From Candidatus Latescibacterota bacterium (GTDB lineage Bacteria > Latescibacterota > UBA2968): DNA of 64,000 bases. Below the pieces are notes generated by a model. The model worked only from the letters and a program-made list of their open reading frames with translations, was not told the origin of the DNA and searched no databases. The stretch lies in assembly GCA_965205975.1 (NCBI GenBank), contig OZ242195.1, positions 480,001 to 544,000 of the forward strand, in the 5' to 3' direction. Every line of letters starts with the position of its first letter. Within the stretch, counting starts at the first letter, position 1. The position numbers and the translations under genes are program-made. This document shows positions 1 through 10,409 of this stretch, in pieces.

Positions 1-1090
1 TGTTCAAGCTCTGACGCACTTCCCGATTCGGATAGGATAGCCGATAATACATCTCGCCACCGCGCGGTTCGGTTTGGATAATCGTGAGATAGCCGGTCTG
101 GAACAGCAGGGCTTCGGTGGCGATGTGGTCAACATCAAAAGCCGACAGCAAATCATCACTGCCCAGCATGTTGTCCAGCGCCAGCGCACCGACCCCGCGC
201 GATAGCAGCGTCTCGATCAGAAATGTCGGTGTGCCGGTCTCGAACCAGTAGGCTTCGAAGCTCTGCCTTCTGAACAGCAAGAGGATGTCGAAGGGGTTAT
301 AGACCTTCTCCTGTCCCCGCCAACTATAGCCATTGTACCAGTCGCGGATCTCATCCCGATCCAGACCCGGCAGTTCTGGCGCGAATACCATGTCGAGGTC
401 CTTCTCGGTGTAGCCGCAAATAGCCGAGTAGCGCGTGTCCAGCGTGATGTTGGTCAAGTTGTTGAGACCAGAAAAGATGCTCGCCTTGGTGAATTGGCTG
501 ACGCCCGTGAGGAAAGTGAAGTGAATGTGTGCATCGCAGTCTTTAGTGGTGGCGTACAGACTGTGCAGAAAATCGCGGTTGGCACGGGCGACCTCTGGCA
601 CCTCAAGCGCGTCCAGAATCGGCTTATCGTATTCATCAACAAGCACGACAACACGCTGCTCAGCCTGCCGATGCAATACCCGGATCAGGTCGCCAAAGCA
701 CTCTGAGGCCGTATCGTAACGCGGCACAATCCCGGCTTCTTCCGCTATCGTGTGGAGTTGCGTCATTACATTCGCATGCAGATAGTCCGCTTCTTTGAAA
801 TTGCCTCTGCCAAAGCTCAAGCGCACAACGGGATAGCGAACGCGCCAGTCCCAATACTCATGGATATGAAGCCCCTCGAACAGCGGCTCATTGCCCTCAA
901 AAAGTTCCTTCAGCGTATCCAGAAACAGGCTTTTGCCAAACCGACGTGGACGCGATAAAAAGTAGTGCGTGCCTTCGTCTATCAGTCGCCGCATGTGGAC
1001 CGTTTTATCGACATAGTAGCAGTTTTCCTCCCGAATTTTGCGGAAGGTCTGAATGCCGATAGGCAACTTGCGTCTGTCTGATATGCCCAT
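1..1090 (-). CDS. AAA-ATPase-like protein (AAA-ATPase_like, usually with C-terminal PD-(D/E)XK domain); 3' end runs off the window
   Basis: Manual translation from ATG 1090: MGISDRRKLPIGIQTFRKIREENCYYVDKT...YFLSRPRRFGKSLFLDTL...VVVLVDEYDKP...TGVSQFTKASIFSGLNN. Absent from the ORF track, consistent with no stop inside the window. Confidence 0.88.
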   Translation of the reverse strand, partial: MGISDRRKLPIGIQTFRKIREENCYYVDKTVHMRRLIDEGTHYFLSRPRRFGKSLFLDTLKELFEGNEPLFEGLHIHEYWDWRVRYPVVRLSFGRGNFKEADYLHANVMTQLHTIAEEAGIVPRYDTASECFGDLIRVLHRQAEQRVVVLVDEYDKPILDALEVPEVARANRDFLHSLYATTKDCDAHIHFTFLTGVSQFTKASIFSGLNNLTNITLDTRYSAICGYTEKDLDMVFAPELPGLDRDEIRDWYNGYSWRGQEKVYNPFDILLLFRRQSFEAYWFETGTPTFLIETLLSRGVGALALDNMLGSDDLLSAFDVDHIATEALLFQTGYLTIIQTEPRGGEMYYRLSYPNREVRQSLN

Positions 1091-1121
1091 CTCTCATCTC
1101 CAGATTGTGATGTCAGCACGG

Positions 1122-1202
1122 TCACCCTGCGCGATACAGTATTATACCGCTTTCGCTATCTATTTGGAAGTCAAATATGTTTTCATCAGCCAGTATTCTC
1201 AT
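1122..1202 (-). pseudogene. Internally deleted DUF5615 (PIN-like toxin) remnant
   Basis: Translates MRILADENIFDFQIDSESGIILYRAG*. MRILADEN is the typical DUF5615 N-terminus and GIILYR resembles a late motif; only 26 aa remain. Confidence 0.6.
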
Positions 1203-1301
1203 CTATCGTTTGCCATCCATAATCGCGTCAATATCCTCCCAGGTCACATTGGACAGCTTTGCACCAGTGGCGGCATACTCCCGACAAGCTCGGATATCCT
1301 C
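1203..1301 (-). pseudogene. C-terminal fragment of a DUF433 antitoxin
   Basis: EDIRACREYAATGAKLSNVTWEDIDAIMDGKR*. An in-frame TAA lies immediately upstream, and its TAG abuts the ATG of the DUF5615 remnant. Confidence 0.55.
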
Positions 1302-1626
1302 TTACCCGAAGTATTTAAAAAAGCTCCAGGTGACAAAGACAGTATATTTAGTTCTGCATGTTTTGTCAACGCGCTGTTCTCATCAACTAAGGCTTATAGA
1401 ACTCTGTACTTTCTGGATAAAAAAGGGGACCGGGATCGGGAAGCGATATGGATTTTGCTGGTGCAGGTTGGGGACACACTGTATAATGACGGTCAAAGTA
1501 CACGACAAAAAAACGGGTTCGATATTTATCATTTGCGCGTGAATTCAGGTCGCATCCTGGACCACATCCGCAAACACAGTCCTGAAGCCTACGCCAATAA
1601 CCATTACCGTGTGAGGATTCCCGAAA

Positions 1627-2751
1627 ATGAAAATTACGGGGTTTGAGACGATTCCCATTCGGGGTCGGGCGATGATTTTGAAGATGTTTACGGATGAGGG
1701 ATTGGTGGGGTATGGCGAGCCGATGAATTACGAGCATTGGCGCGTGGTGGCGCAGGCTGTAGAGGATATGGCCGAGTACCTGGTAGGGAAAGATCCGCTG
1801 AATATTGAAGACCATTGGCAGGCGATGTATCGCTCGAGTTATAGCCGGAGTATGCCGGTGTTGGTCGGTGCGCTGAGTGGGATAGAGATGGCGATGTGGG
1901 ATGTGTTCGGCAAAATGGTGGGGTTGCCGGTCTGGAAACTTTTGGGTGGGAAAGTTCGCGATCGCATTCGCGTTTACACAGGTACGGGCGGGACGACGCC
2001 AGAAGAATGCGCGGAGGCTGCAAGCCAGAAGGTGGCAGAGGGCTTTCGCGCTGTGAAGATGGGGGCTTCGCCGAGTCCTGTGAGATTTGTCGATACGCCA
2101 GAGAAAATAGATTTTATGGTTTCTCGCGTTGCCGCGGTGCGCGAAGCGGTGGGCTATTCGGTCGATATTGCCGTGGATTTGCATCGGCGATTGAGTCCGA
2201 CTATGGCCGCGATTCTGGTGAAGGAGTTGGAGCCGCTGCGTCCTTTGTTTGCTGAAGAGCCGTGTCATCCGGACAACAATGAGGCGTTATTGGCGCTGTC
2301 CCGGGGCACAACGGTGCCCATTGCCACGGGCGAACGGCATTTGACGCGCTGGGGATTCCGCGAGCTCATCGAGCGAGAGATGTGCGCGATTTTGCAACCG
2401 GATATTCGCCATTGTGGGGGTATGTTGGAATTGAAAAAGATCGCGGGGATGGCAGAGATTCACAATATGGCGATTGCACCGCATAACGCGGCAGGGCCTG
2501 TGGGGGTGGCAGCGTCGGTGCATGTGATGGCAACGATTCCAAATTTGTTGATTTGCGAGGGCGGCCATAACCGTGGAGAAGGTTTGTTTAAGACGCCATT
2601 GGTTCTTCGAGATGGTTTTATTGAATTGCCGACTGAGCCGGGTTTGGGTGTGGATATGGACGATGATGCGCTCGAGGCTTTGCGCGATGAATCTTATCGC
2701 CTGCGCGGGATGTTCTGGCATGAAGATGACGGTTCTTTTGCGGATTATTGA
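1627..2751 (+). CDS. dgoD: Galactonate dehydratase-like enzyme (mandelate racemase/enolase superfamily)
   Basis: TDEGLVGYGE, ALSGIEMAMWD, VDLH, EEP, ATGER, LQPD, APHN motifs. Confidence 0.75.
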   Translation: MKITGFETIPIRGRAMILKMFTDEGLVGYGEPMNYEHWRVVAQAVEDMAEYLVGKDPLNIEDHWQAMYRSSYSRSMPVLVGALSGIEMAMWDVFGKMVGLPVWKLLGGKVRDRIRVYTGTGGTTPEECAEAASQKVAEGFRAVKMGASPSPVRFVDTPEKIDFMVSRVAAVREAVGYSVDIAVDLHRRLSPTMAAILVKELEPLRPLFAEEPCHPDNNEALLALSRGTTVPIATGERHLTRWGFRELIEREMCAILQPDIRHCGGMLELKKIAGMAEIHNMAIAPHNAAGPVGVAASVHVMATIPNLLICEGGHNRGEGLFKTPLVLRDGFIELPTEPGLGVDMDDDALEALRDESYRLRGMFWHEDDGSFADY

Positions 2752-2755
2752 GAAA

Positions 2756-3946
2756 ATGCGTTTGATGATCGTTGTGATTCTGGTGCTATTTGCAAGCGGT
2801 TATGTAGATGCCGTAGAGAGAGATGCTCTCAGGCGAGAATACAACGATGTGTCCGCTGCCGTAGATAGTCTCGTGCGGATGATGCAGATGACAGATGCCG
2901 AGGTGCTGAAGAAACTGCCCGAGACGCGTCCCGACCGGGTATTGCCCGAGGGGATGACGGCTGTGATGATTTTTTGGGCGGATGACGAAGCGCGGGTTTG
3001 GCTCAATGATTTTCCCGTGGGTGAGACCCGGTTGACGCCTGTGGAAGTGACTGTTCCAGATTTGTATTTTCAAGGGCAAAATCGCCTGCGCGTGCGGTGC
3101 TGGGATACGGATCGGGTGGAGAGTGGTTTTTTGGGTGGGTTATACCTGAAAGATGGTGCAGGAAGGTTGTACCCCATTGTGGTTTCCAATGGGACATGGG
3201 AGACTTCAGGAGGACGGGCAACGGAAATTATTTATGCCCATCCGATGCCGGATATTCCCGGCGCACAACCGATTTGGGGCATGCGAATGTTTGGGTTTGT
3301 AGATATGGCTATCACATTTGATCAAGGTGCGATTGATCGCGCGCTTGCAGAAACCGCATCTGCAAGAGCAATGACTGTCCGACAACAGGCAATGGATTAT
3401 CACACCTTTGCCCAACAACTCGCTATTTTGCAGGCTCGACGAGAAAAATTAAGAGCAGATTTAGATCGTGCGGGCGACCTGAGTGTGCCGCTTTACAATC
3501 GGGAACGCGCCCGTTCTGCATCGCTGACACTGGGGAAGGCTGCGCCTTTGACTGAAAAGGTGTCGGCACCGGTGGCAAAAAATGTGCGGTCCTGGTCGGA
3601 GAAATTACCGGTGGTGCAGCAGCAGTTGATTTATCCAGACCGCCGTGCGTTAAAAGGAGAAGGTGCTGTAACTGCGGCCACGGGCGATGTGGTGCCCACC
3701 GCGAGTGACCGCGGCAGTCGAGAGCAGGCGTATCGCCCTCCTGAAGAACGCGGTGGGATAAAAAGTGACACAAAAGATGAGGGGGTTGATGCTCAGGTGC
3801 AGCCGCAGGGAATGAGACGCGGTGGTGGGGGTGGGCAGTCGAATCAGGCCACGCGATTGGGATTGTTGTTGCCAACGCTGATAGTGGGAATTTATGTGTT
3901 GTATGTGGCCATACGCTGGCAATCGTTAATGGGAGAAAGTGATTGA
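2756..3946 (+). CDS. Exported protein with signal peptide, beta-sandwich-like domain, coiled coil and C-terminal membrane anchor
   Basis: Start re-called at ATG 2756 (MRLMIVVILVLFASGYVDA); C-terminal hydrophobic LGLLLPTLIVGIYVLYVAI; stop overlaps the next gene. Confidence 0.6.
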   Translation: MRLMIVVILVLFASGYVDAVERDALRREYNDVSAAVDSLVRMMQMTDAEVLKKLPETRPDRVLPEGMTAVMIFWADDEARVWLNDFPVGETRLTPVEVTVPDLYFQGQNRLRVRCWDTDRVESGFLGGLYLKDGAGRLYPIVVSNGTWETSGGRATEIIYAHPMPDIPGAQPIWGMRMFGFVDMAITFDQGAIDRALAETASARAMTVRQQAMDYHTFAQQLAILQARREKLRADLDRAGDLSVPLYNRERARSASLTLGKAAPLTEKVSAPVAKNVRSWSEKLPVVQQQLIYPDRRALKGEGAVTAATGDVVPTASDRGSREQAYRPPEERGGIKSDTKDEGVDAQVQPQGMRRGGGGGQSNQATRLGLLLPTLIVGIYVLYVAIRWQSLMGESD

Positions 3947-4704
3947 TGTACGGATTACACTGGTCTGAATCGTTGTCGTTGGGTCTTTTTTGGGTAGTGT
4001 GTGTTATAGCAGGTGCATTGATTTTGATGCAACGCTTAAGTGCTATTTGTCGTTACGAAAAACAATTTGGCCTGCCGGAGTCCAATTGGCCTGGCGCGAT
4101 AATAGGTGGATTGGGCGGTGCTGGCGTGGCGAGTATTGGTATTTATTTTTATTTTTTTGCACCAGCAGCCTCGGGTTGGGTTGAGTGGACGGGGCGTTCG
4201 GCTTATGTGCTCGTTTTGGGCAGTTCGGCAGCGCATCTGGTCACGTTTATTCATTTTTGGCGGCGATTGGGCGCGGAAGGTGCGGAAACAGGTAATTTGA
4301 CCGCATTGCGCCAGGAGCAGGTGGATAAATTTCGCCAGAGCCGCGAGAATTATGCGGACCTAAAAGCGCGCGATGACGAGGCAGTAGATGAGTTACTCGC
4401 TGTGTTTGGCGAGCGGTTGTTGTCCGAGCAACGCGCTTTGAGCCGCATTCCGTTTTATGGATATTTGGGGACTGTGTGCGGTATTTTGCTGATGGCTGAA
4501 GAACTGACCCGACTGGATGAAGCGACCGAGACGTTTAAGGTGTTGCGCGATATGGCAGGTGGATTGGTGCTGGCATTTCAGACAACGCTCGTCGCATTGT
4601 TGGCCTATTTGCCGCTTCGAAAGGGCTATGATATGTTGCTGAATCGCATGTCTGATCTGGAACGCAAATGGTTGGATATGCGCGAGGGAGAGAGAAGAGA
4701 ATGA
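3943..4704 (+). CDS. MotA/TolQ/ExbB proton-channel family protein
   Basis: PFYGYLGTVCGILL and GLVLAFQTTLVALL motifs; several TM segments. Confidence 0.75.
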   Translation: MMYGLHWSESLSLGLFWVVCVIAGALILMQRLSAICRYEKQFGLPESNWPGAIIGGLGGAGVASIGIYFYFFAPAASGWVEWTGRSAYVLVLGSSAAHLVTFIHFWRRLGAEGAETGNLTALRQEQVDKFRQSRENYADLKARDDEAVDELLAVFGERLLSEQRALSRIPFYGYLGTVCGILLMAEELTRLDEATETFKVLRDMAGGLVLAFQTTLVALLAYLPLRKGYDMLLNRMSDLERKWLDMREGERRE

Positions 4705-5123
4705 GGCGACGTTTTTTACAGCGCGCGGTGGCCGAAGCCGAAGCGCACGACGTGAGCAAAGAGTTGTTCCTGGGGATTATGATGCTGATGCTGTGCCTGG
4801 GGATTATGATTTTGAATGTGTCGCAGCCCGTGTGGCGCGTCTATCACCACGATCCCGAACCAGGAGATGTGGTGATTTTATATACTTCCATGGGTCTGGC
4901 GTTTTCGGAAGATGGGCGGTCTGCAACACGCAGTTTGGGACCGGGCGAGTTTCGCAAAACAGTAAATGATCTGGTTGCTGAACCCGATCGGCATTTGCAT
5001 TTGTTTCTAAAGGGAGGCAGCCGAGAGCGTATGGTCAATGATGCGGCTTATGCGGATTCTCTTTTGTCTGCTGGCACAGCGGGACAAAAGGTGCGCCCCG
5101 CCGTATATGTGCATCTGTGGTAA
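4701..5123 (+). CDS. Single-TM protein, divergent ExbD/TolR-like partner
   Basis: ATGA-coupled to the MotA/ExbB-like gene; basic N-terminus (MRRRF), one TM, ~100-aa C-terminal domain. Confidence 0.45.
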   Translation: MRRRFLQRAVAEAEAHDVSKELFLGIMMLMLCLGIMILNVSQPVWRVYHHDPEPGDVVILYTSMGLAFSEDGRSATRSLGPGEFRKTVNDLVAEPDRHLHLFLKGGSRERMVNDAAYADSLLSAGTAGQKVRPAVYVHLW

Positions 5124-5142
5124 ATCGCAATATTCCAAAACT

Positions 5143-5171
5143 AAAAACCCGGTGATTTCACCGGGTTTTTT
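5143..5171. terminator. Bidirectional intrinsic terminator
   Basis: AAAAACCCGGTG-attt-CACCGGGTTTTT perfect stem between convergent genes. Confidence 0.8.
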
Positions 5172-5937
5172 CATTTTTACTTTTGAGGATGCGGGCAAAT
5201 AAGTCGAGAACCGCATCCCATGATTTTTCAGCGGCGTCCTCGTTGTAGTGGGTTAAACGCTGGGGAAAGAAATAGCCGTGTAGCGCACCGTGCATAAAGT
5301 CAATGCGGTGTGGGACCTCACAGCGGGTGAGTTCGGTTTTGTAGAGTTGTAAGTGTTCTTCGGTCGCGCCGGCATCCTGGTCTGCCCAGCCAAAGTAGCC
5401 TTCGGCTCTGAGTTTGGGGATGGCGAGATGGGGCGAGTCCGATGCATCGGTGACGAGTTTGCCGCCGTGAATGGAGGCAAAGGCCAAAACGTGATCGGGA
5501 TACGCCGCTGCTGCAAAGAGGGCGTGGCGACCGCCCATGCAGGTGCCGATAGAGCCGACCCGTTGGGCATCGGCTTGAGGTTCTTCGTTGTCGAGGTGGC
5601 GAAGCAGTGCGCCCGTGTCGTCGATGACCAGGGCATTGGTGGTGCTGGTGTTGAGGTTCATCGGGTGCAGGGGGTCCGTTTTTTCGAGATTGAGTTCGCC
5701 GTTCATAAATTTTTCGGGGTTGTAAGACGGATTCCCCATGCGATAAAATAGGGAGGGGAGTACGGTGTAATATCCCGCGCGAGCAAAACGACGGCACATG
5801 TTTTTTAATTCGTCGCGAATGCCAAATATGTCAAAGTAGAAGATGACAGCCGGATGCGGTCCTTCGCCTTTTGGATGAAAGACATAGGCGGGCATTGTGC
5901 CGTCTGAAGTTGCAACTTCAATGGCCTTTTCGATCAT
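5158..5937 (-). CDS. Dienelactone hydrolase family protein
   Basis: DIFGIR, GTCMGG nucleophile elbow, HGG, HGY motifs. Confidence 0.9.
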   Translation of the reverse strand: MIEKAIEVATSDGTMPAYVFHPKGEGPHPAVIFYFDIFGIRDELKNMCRRFARAGYYTVLPSLFYRMGNPSYNPEKFMNGELNLEKTDPLHPMNLNTSTTNALVIDDTGALLRHLDNEEPQADAQRVGSIGTCMGGRHALFAAAAYPDHVLAFASIHGGKLVTDASDSPHLAIPKLRAEGYFGWADQDAGATEEHLQLYKTELTRCEVPHRIDFMHGALHGYFFPQRLTHYNEDAAEKSWDAVLDLFARILKSKNEKTR

Positions 5938-6005
5938 TGCGTTATCCTTAAAGCCGCGAGTGGATCTTTTCGCGGCTTTGTTTTATATGTCTATTATCTA
6001 TTGGA

Positions 6006-6422
6006 TCAACTTGAGATGATGCCACCGCTTGGTGAACCGCCTGCCCCTGGACCGCCTCCCTGTCCGGGCAGACCGCCGGGCATTGTGCCGGGAACGACGA
6101 TGCGCGAAGATTCTTGGCGACGGTATTCTTTGGCTTCTTCAACCATTTGATCAACAGCTTCTTTGATGGCCTGGGGAAATTTTTCTATTGCTTCCCGAAG
6201 CGAAGCGGCTTCAATGGGGGCAGAGATTGGCAGAGGCCCCATTTGAGATATGATCTGTGTGGAGCCGATGTATTGGACGGGACGACTTGTGTCGTCTGTG
6301 CCATCGGTGTTGATGGGGATCAGGCGCCGAATTGTGGCGACGCGCAAATCGGTGATGGATTCTTCTCGATAGAGGTTTTGTTGATCAACCTGAATCTGAT
6401 CAAGTGGCAACTGGTCGGCCAT
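6006..6422 (-). CDS. Conserved hypothetical cytoplasmic protein
   Basis: MADQLPLDQIQVDQQNLYREESITDLRVATIRRL...SSRIVVPG with Gly-rich tail; GGAG upstream of ATG 6422. Confidence 0.7.
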   Translation of the reverse strand: MADQLPLDQIQVDQQNLYREESITDLRVATIRRLIPINTDGTDDTSRPVQYIGSTQIISQMGPLPISAPIEAASLREAIEKFPQAIKEAVDQMVEEAKEYRRQESSRIVVPGTMPGGLPGQGGGPGAGGSPSGGIISS

Positions 6423-6513
6423 GAGAGTCTCCAAAAAAAAGGTTACGAGTGCGCCCTGCGAGGGCAATTAAATGTTGGCGTAAATATAGGACAAGTTGTG
6501 TAAATACGCACTT

Positions 6514-7884
6514 TTATTTTACTCTGTTAATTCCATTGAGCGCGGCAACGCGATAGGCTTCGGCCATTGTGGGATAGTTGAAGGTGGTGTTGATGAAGTA
6601 CATGAGTGTGTTAGCTTTACCTTCTTGCGCCATAATGGCTTGCCCGATGTGGATAATTTCAGATGCCTGAGAGCCAAAACAGTGGATGCCCAATATTTCA
6701 AAGGTTTCGCGATGAAAGATAATTTTGAGCATGCCAGTTAGCCTTCCCGTGACCTGTGCCCGCGCGATATGGCGAAAGTAGGCGTGGCCCACTTCATAGG
6801 GAATTTTTTGGGTTGTCAGTTCTTTTTCGGTAAATCCGATGGAGCTAATTTCAGGAATGGTGTAAATCCCCGTGGGTATGTCTTCCACGAGGTGCTGTTC
6901 GCATTCGCCAAAGACGAGATGGGTGGCGGCAAACCGACCTTGATCGTATGCTGCACTTGCCAGACTGGGAAACCCAACGACATCGCCAACAGCATAAATG
7001 TGGGGTTGCGCGAGTGTCTGGTACGCGTTGTTGATTAGAATGGAGCCGCGTTCGTCTGTTTCGATTCCGATATTTTCCAGTCCCATGTTGTCTGAGTTTC
7101 CGGTGCGGCCTTCTGCCCAGAGGAGAATATCGCTGACAATTTGTTTGTTGGATTTCAGGAATACGCGCGCTTCTTGGTCGTTGGCTTCAACGCGGTCGTA
7201 TTCTTCGTTGTGGCGAATACGCACTCCGTTTTGGCTGAGATGATAACTGAGGGCGTCGATGATTTCGTCGTCGAGATAGGAGAGCAATTGGCTTCGGCTG
7301 TTGATGAGATTGACTTTTATATTTAGGCCGCGAAATATGGATGCGTATTCGCAGCCGACTACTCCCGCGCCATAAATGGTGATAATGCGCGGCGTTTCTT
7401 TGAGGTTCAGGATGGAGTCGCTGTCGCGAATCCGGGGATGAGAAAAGTCGATATCGGGTGGATGATAGGGGCGGGATCCCGTGGCGATAATAAATCCCCG
7501 GGCGGCGTGGCGCTCAGTCCCTCCGTTGAGCAATGCGACTTCGACGGTGTGTTCATCGACAAACGATGCGTGGCCCAGGATAATATCGACATCATTGCGT
7601 TCGTAATAGCCCGTGCGAAGGTCAACCTGATCTCCGATGAGATCGGCGGCCCGGTCGAGCAGTTCGGGAAAACTCGTTGTGCTATGTGCATTGGTATCGA
7701 TGAGTTGCTGGACATAGTGGCGCAGTGCTTTGCTCGGTATTGTGCCTCTGTGCGTACTGTTGCCGCCCACATTTTTGAAATTGTCGATGACGGCAACGCG
7801 CTTGCCTTCCTTGGCGGATTTCATCGCGGCGCCTTCTCCGCCAGGGCCAGTACCTATCACGATGATGTCGTAGTCACAGGTCAT
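6514..7884 (-). CDS. sthA: Soluble Si-specific NAD(P) transhydrogenase
   Basis: GTGPGG FAD motif, [23 protein letters not shown]-terminal [17 protein letters not shown]. Confidence 0.95.
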   Translation of the reverse strand: MTCDYDIIVIGTGPGGEGAAMKSAKEGKRVAVIDNFKNVGGNSTHRGTIPSKALRHYVQQLIDTNAHSTTSFPELLDRAADLIGDQVDLRTGYYERNDVDIILGHASFVDEHTVEVALLNGGTERHAARGFIIATGSRPYHPPDIDFSHPRIRDSDSILNLKETPRIITIYGAGVVGCEYASIFRGLNIKVNLINSRSQLLSYLDDEIIDALSYHLSQNGVRIRHNEEYDRVEANDQEARVFLKSNKQIVSDILLWAEGRTGNSDNMGLENIGIETDERGSILINNAYQTLAQPHIYAVGDVVGFPSLASAAYDQGRFAATHLVFGECEQHLVEDIPTGIYTIPEISSIGFTEKELTTQKIPYEVGHAYFRHIARAQVTGRLTGMLKIIFHRETFEILGIHCFGSQASEIIHIGQAIMAQEGKANTLMYFINTTFNYPTMAEAYRVAALNGINRVK

Positions 7885-7953
7885 AGAATAGCTTTCAGTA
7901 GTCAGTTGTCAGTCCCAACCACCCAACCCCAGAGGGGTGGTGCGGGGAACGGG

Positions 7954-8715
7954 TTATTCGCTACTGGCTGCTAAAAATCCTTGTTGCACGAGAAAGTTGT
8001 CCATTTGCGCGACGGTTCGTTCGTAGTCTAATCCATCGCCGCGGCCGTGGTTAAAAAAGCCGTGTCCTTTGCCTTCATACGCGCAGAGTTCACAGGTATT
8101 GCCCGCTTCGCGCATGGCTTTTGTGAAGCGTTGGGCTTGTTCATAAGGGACGGTTGTGTCATCTGTACCGTGGAAAATTATAGTGGGTGGCAGGTCAGAA
8201 CAGACGTGTTGAAAAGGCGAGATTTCCCGCGGGTCTCTGGGAAAACGTTCGGCGAGGCGTTTTAGGCCAGCGACATCGACGACGGGGTTAAAGAGTACCA
8301 TTGCGTTGGGTTGGGAAGATACCGCCATATCCTCATCGGGCGCATCCTGGCCGGGAACAGTACCTGTACAGGCACCGACGTGACCACCGGCTGATCCACC
8401 ACCCGAAGCGATGCGGTTGGGGTCGATGTTGAGTTCATTGGCATGCGCCCTCAGCCAGCGAACCGCTGATTTGCCGTCTTCTACACATTCATAAGGCGAG
8501 GTGTTGTGTTTGCTTTTGATGCGATATTCAGCCGATGCCGCCAATATCCCGCGTTTTGCGAGATACTGGCAGTGCGGAAAAAATTGTTGCGGATTGCCTC
8601 CCGTCCAGCCACCGCCAAAGAAGAAGACAATGGCGGCTGTTTGATCGTTAGTATCGGGTTCAAAGATGTGAATGGCGAGTTCGCCCTGGGGCGTGGTTTT
8701 GTATATGCGTTGCAT
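7954..8715 (-). CDS. Alpha/beta hydrolase (esterase/lipase, HSL/BD-FAE-like)
   Basis: FGGGW, GGSAGG, HGTDD and GHGFFN motifs. Confidence 0.88.
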   Translation of the reverse strand: MQRIYKTTPQGELAIHIFEPDTNDQTAAIVFFFGGGWTGGNPQQFFPHCQYLAKRGILAASAEYRIKSKHNTSPYECVEDGKSAVRWLRAHANELNIDPNRIASGGGSAGGHVGACTGTVPGQDAPDEDMAVSSQPNAMVLFNPVVDVAGLKRLAERFPRDPREISPFQHVCSDLPPTIIFHGTDDTTVPYEQAQRFTKAMREAGNTCELCAYEGKGHGFFNHGRGDGLDYERTVAQMDNFLVQQGFLAASSE

Positions 8716-8729
8716 GGTGGGTGTCCCTT

Positions 8730-10409
8730 CTATCGCGTAAATTGTCGATATTTAATCCGATGGGGTTGGTCTGCGTCGGTGCCGAGGCGGCGTTTGCGGT
8801 CTGCTTCGTACTGCGAATAATTTCCGTCAAAGTAGATGACCTCGCTATTCCCTTCAAAGGCGAGAATATGCGTGGCTATGCGATCGAGGAACCAGCGGTC
8901 GTGTGAGATGATTACGGCGCATCCGCCAAAATTTTCAAGGGCGTCTTCCATGGCGCGCATTGTGTTTACGTCGAGGTCATTTGTCGGTTCGTCCAGCAAT
9001 ATGACATTGGCACCTTCTTTGAGGATGCGCGCAAGGTGAACGCGGTTGCGCTCGCCGCCAGAGAGTTGACCAACGGGTTTTTGCTGGTCGGATCCAGTAA
9101 AGTTGAAGCGCGCGAGATAGGCACGCGAATTGATTTCCCTGTTGCCCAGAGTGATGAGATCTTCACCATCTGAGACGGCTTGCCACACATTGTGATTGGG
9201 AGCGAGGACTTCGCGGGTTTGTTCGACATAGGCGAGGCTAACTGTGTCACCGATGCGAAATGTTCCCGCGTCGGGCTGTTCTTCGCCGGTGATGAGGCGA
9301 AAGAGGGTGGTTTTTCCCGCGCCATTGGGTCCAATAACGCCGACAATGCCGCCGGGTGGCAGGGAAAAGGAGAGGTTTTCAAAGAGGAGTGTATCGCCAT
9401 ATCCTTTAGAAACTCCCTGGGCTTCGATGACAATATCGCCGAGGCGCGGACCGGGCGGAATGTAAATTTCGAGGTCGCGTTCTTTTTCCACACTCTGATC
9501 GAGCAACTGATGATATGAGGCAATCCTCGATTTGGATTTGGCGTGTCGCCCGCGTGGGTTCATGTTGATCCATTCGCGCTCGCGCGCAAGGGTTTTTAGA
9601 CGCTGGCTTTCCCGGTTTGCTTCACTGGCCAGCCGTTTTTCTTTTTGATCGAGCCACGAAGAGTAGTTGCCTTTATAGGGTATGCCTTTACCGCGGTCGA
9701 GTTCGAGTATCCATCCGGCGACATTGTCGAGGAAATAGCGGTCGTGTGTGACGGCAATGACGGTGCCCGCATAACGCTGCAAATGCTGTTCGAGCCAGCC
9801 AACGGTTTCGGCGTCGAGGTGATTGGTCGGCTCGTCGAGCAAGAGAATATCGGGTTTGGAAAGGAGCAGTCTGCAAAGTGCCACACGGCGGCATTCGCCG
9901 CCCGAAAGGTGATCGACGCGCGCATCTCCCGGCGGACAACGCAGAGCATCCATCGCCTGTTCGATACGTGCATCGAGGTCCCATAAGTTCTCTGCGTCAA
10001 TCTTTTCTTGAAGTTCGCCTTGCTGTTCGATTACACGATTCATTTCTTCGTCGGACATGGGTTCGGCAAATTTGGCACTGAGCGCATTGTATTCGTTCAT
10101 GAGGTCAACCTGTTCCTGTACACCCTGTTCGACAATTTCGCGCACAGTTTTGCCCGGTTCAAGGCGGGGTTCTTGTTCCAAATACCCTATGGTGTGGCCA
10201 GGCGCGAGGTGGGTTTCGCCATTGAATTTTTCATCTACACCAGCAAGGATACGCAACAGCGTGCTTTTACCTGCGCCATTCAGACCGAGTACGCCGATTT
10301 TCGCGCTGTAGAAATAGGAAAGCGAGATGTCTTCAATGATGGGTTTTTTGTCGATGTATTTGCTCACGCGCACCATCGAATAGATGATTTTGTTTGGCTC
10401 ATTAGCCAT
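8730..10409 (-). CDS. ettA: ABC-F translational throttle EttA
   Basis: Two ABC domains (GLNGAGKST, GPNGAGKTT), VTHDRYFLDNVAGWILELDRG, C-terminal PHRIKYR. Confidence 0.95.
   Translation of the reverse strand: MANEPNKIIYSMVRVSKYIDKKPIIEDISLSYFYSAKIGVLGLNGAGKSTLLRILAGVDEKFNGETHLAPGHTIGYLEQEPRLEPGKTVREIVEQGVQEQVDLMNEYNALSAKFAEPMSDEEMNRVIEQQGELQEKIDAENLWDLDARIEQAMDALRCPPGDARVDHLSGGECRRVALCRLLLSKPDILLLDEPTNHLDAETVGWLEQHLQRYAGTVIAVTHDRYFLDNVAGWILELDRGKGIPYKGNYSSWLDQKEKRLASEANRESQRLKTLAREREWINMNPRGRHAKSKSRIASYHQLLDQSVEKERDLEIYIPPGPRLGDIVIEAQGVSKGYGDTLLFENLSFSLPPGGIVGVIGPNGAGKTTLFRLITGEEQPDAGTFRIGDTVSLAYVEQTREVLAPNHNVWQAVSDGEDLITLGNREINSRAYLARFNFTGSDQQKPVGQLSGGERNRVHLARILKEGANVILLDEPTNDLDVNTMRAMEDALENFGGCAVIISHDRWFLDRIATHILAFEGNSEVIYFDGNYSQYEADRKRRLGTDADQPHRIKYRQFTR

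Noticed and set aside
1053..1646. 197-aa + strand ORF
   Set aside because: No recognisable motifs; overlaps the minus-strand ATPase start and the TA remnants.
3943..5123. Zorya ZorAB call
   Set aside because: MotA-like protein lacks the long ZorA tail, the partner has no OmpA-like domain, and no ZorC/D/E genes are present.
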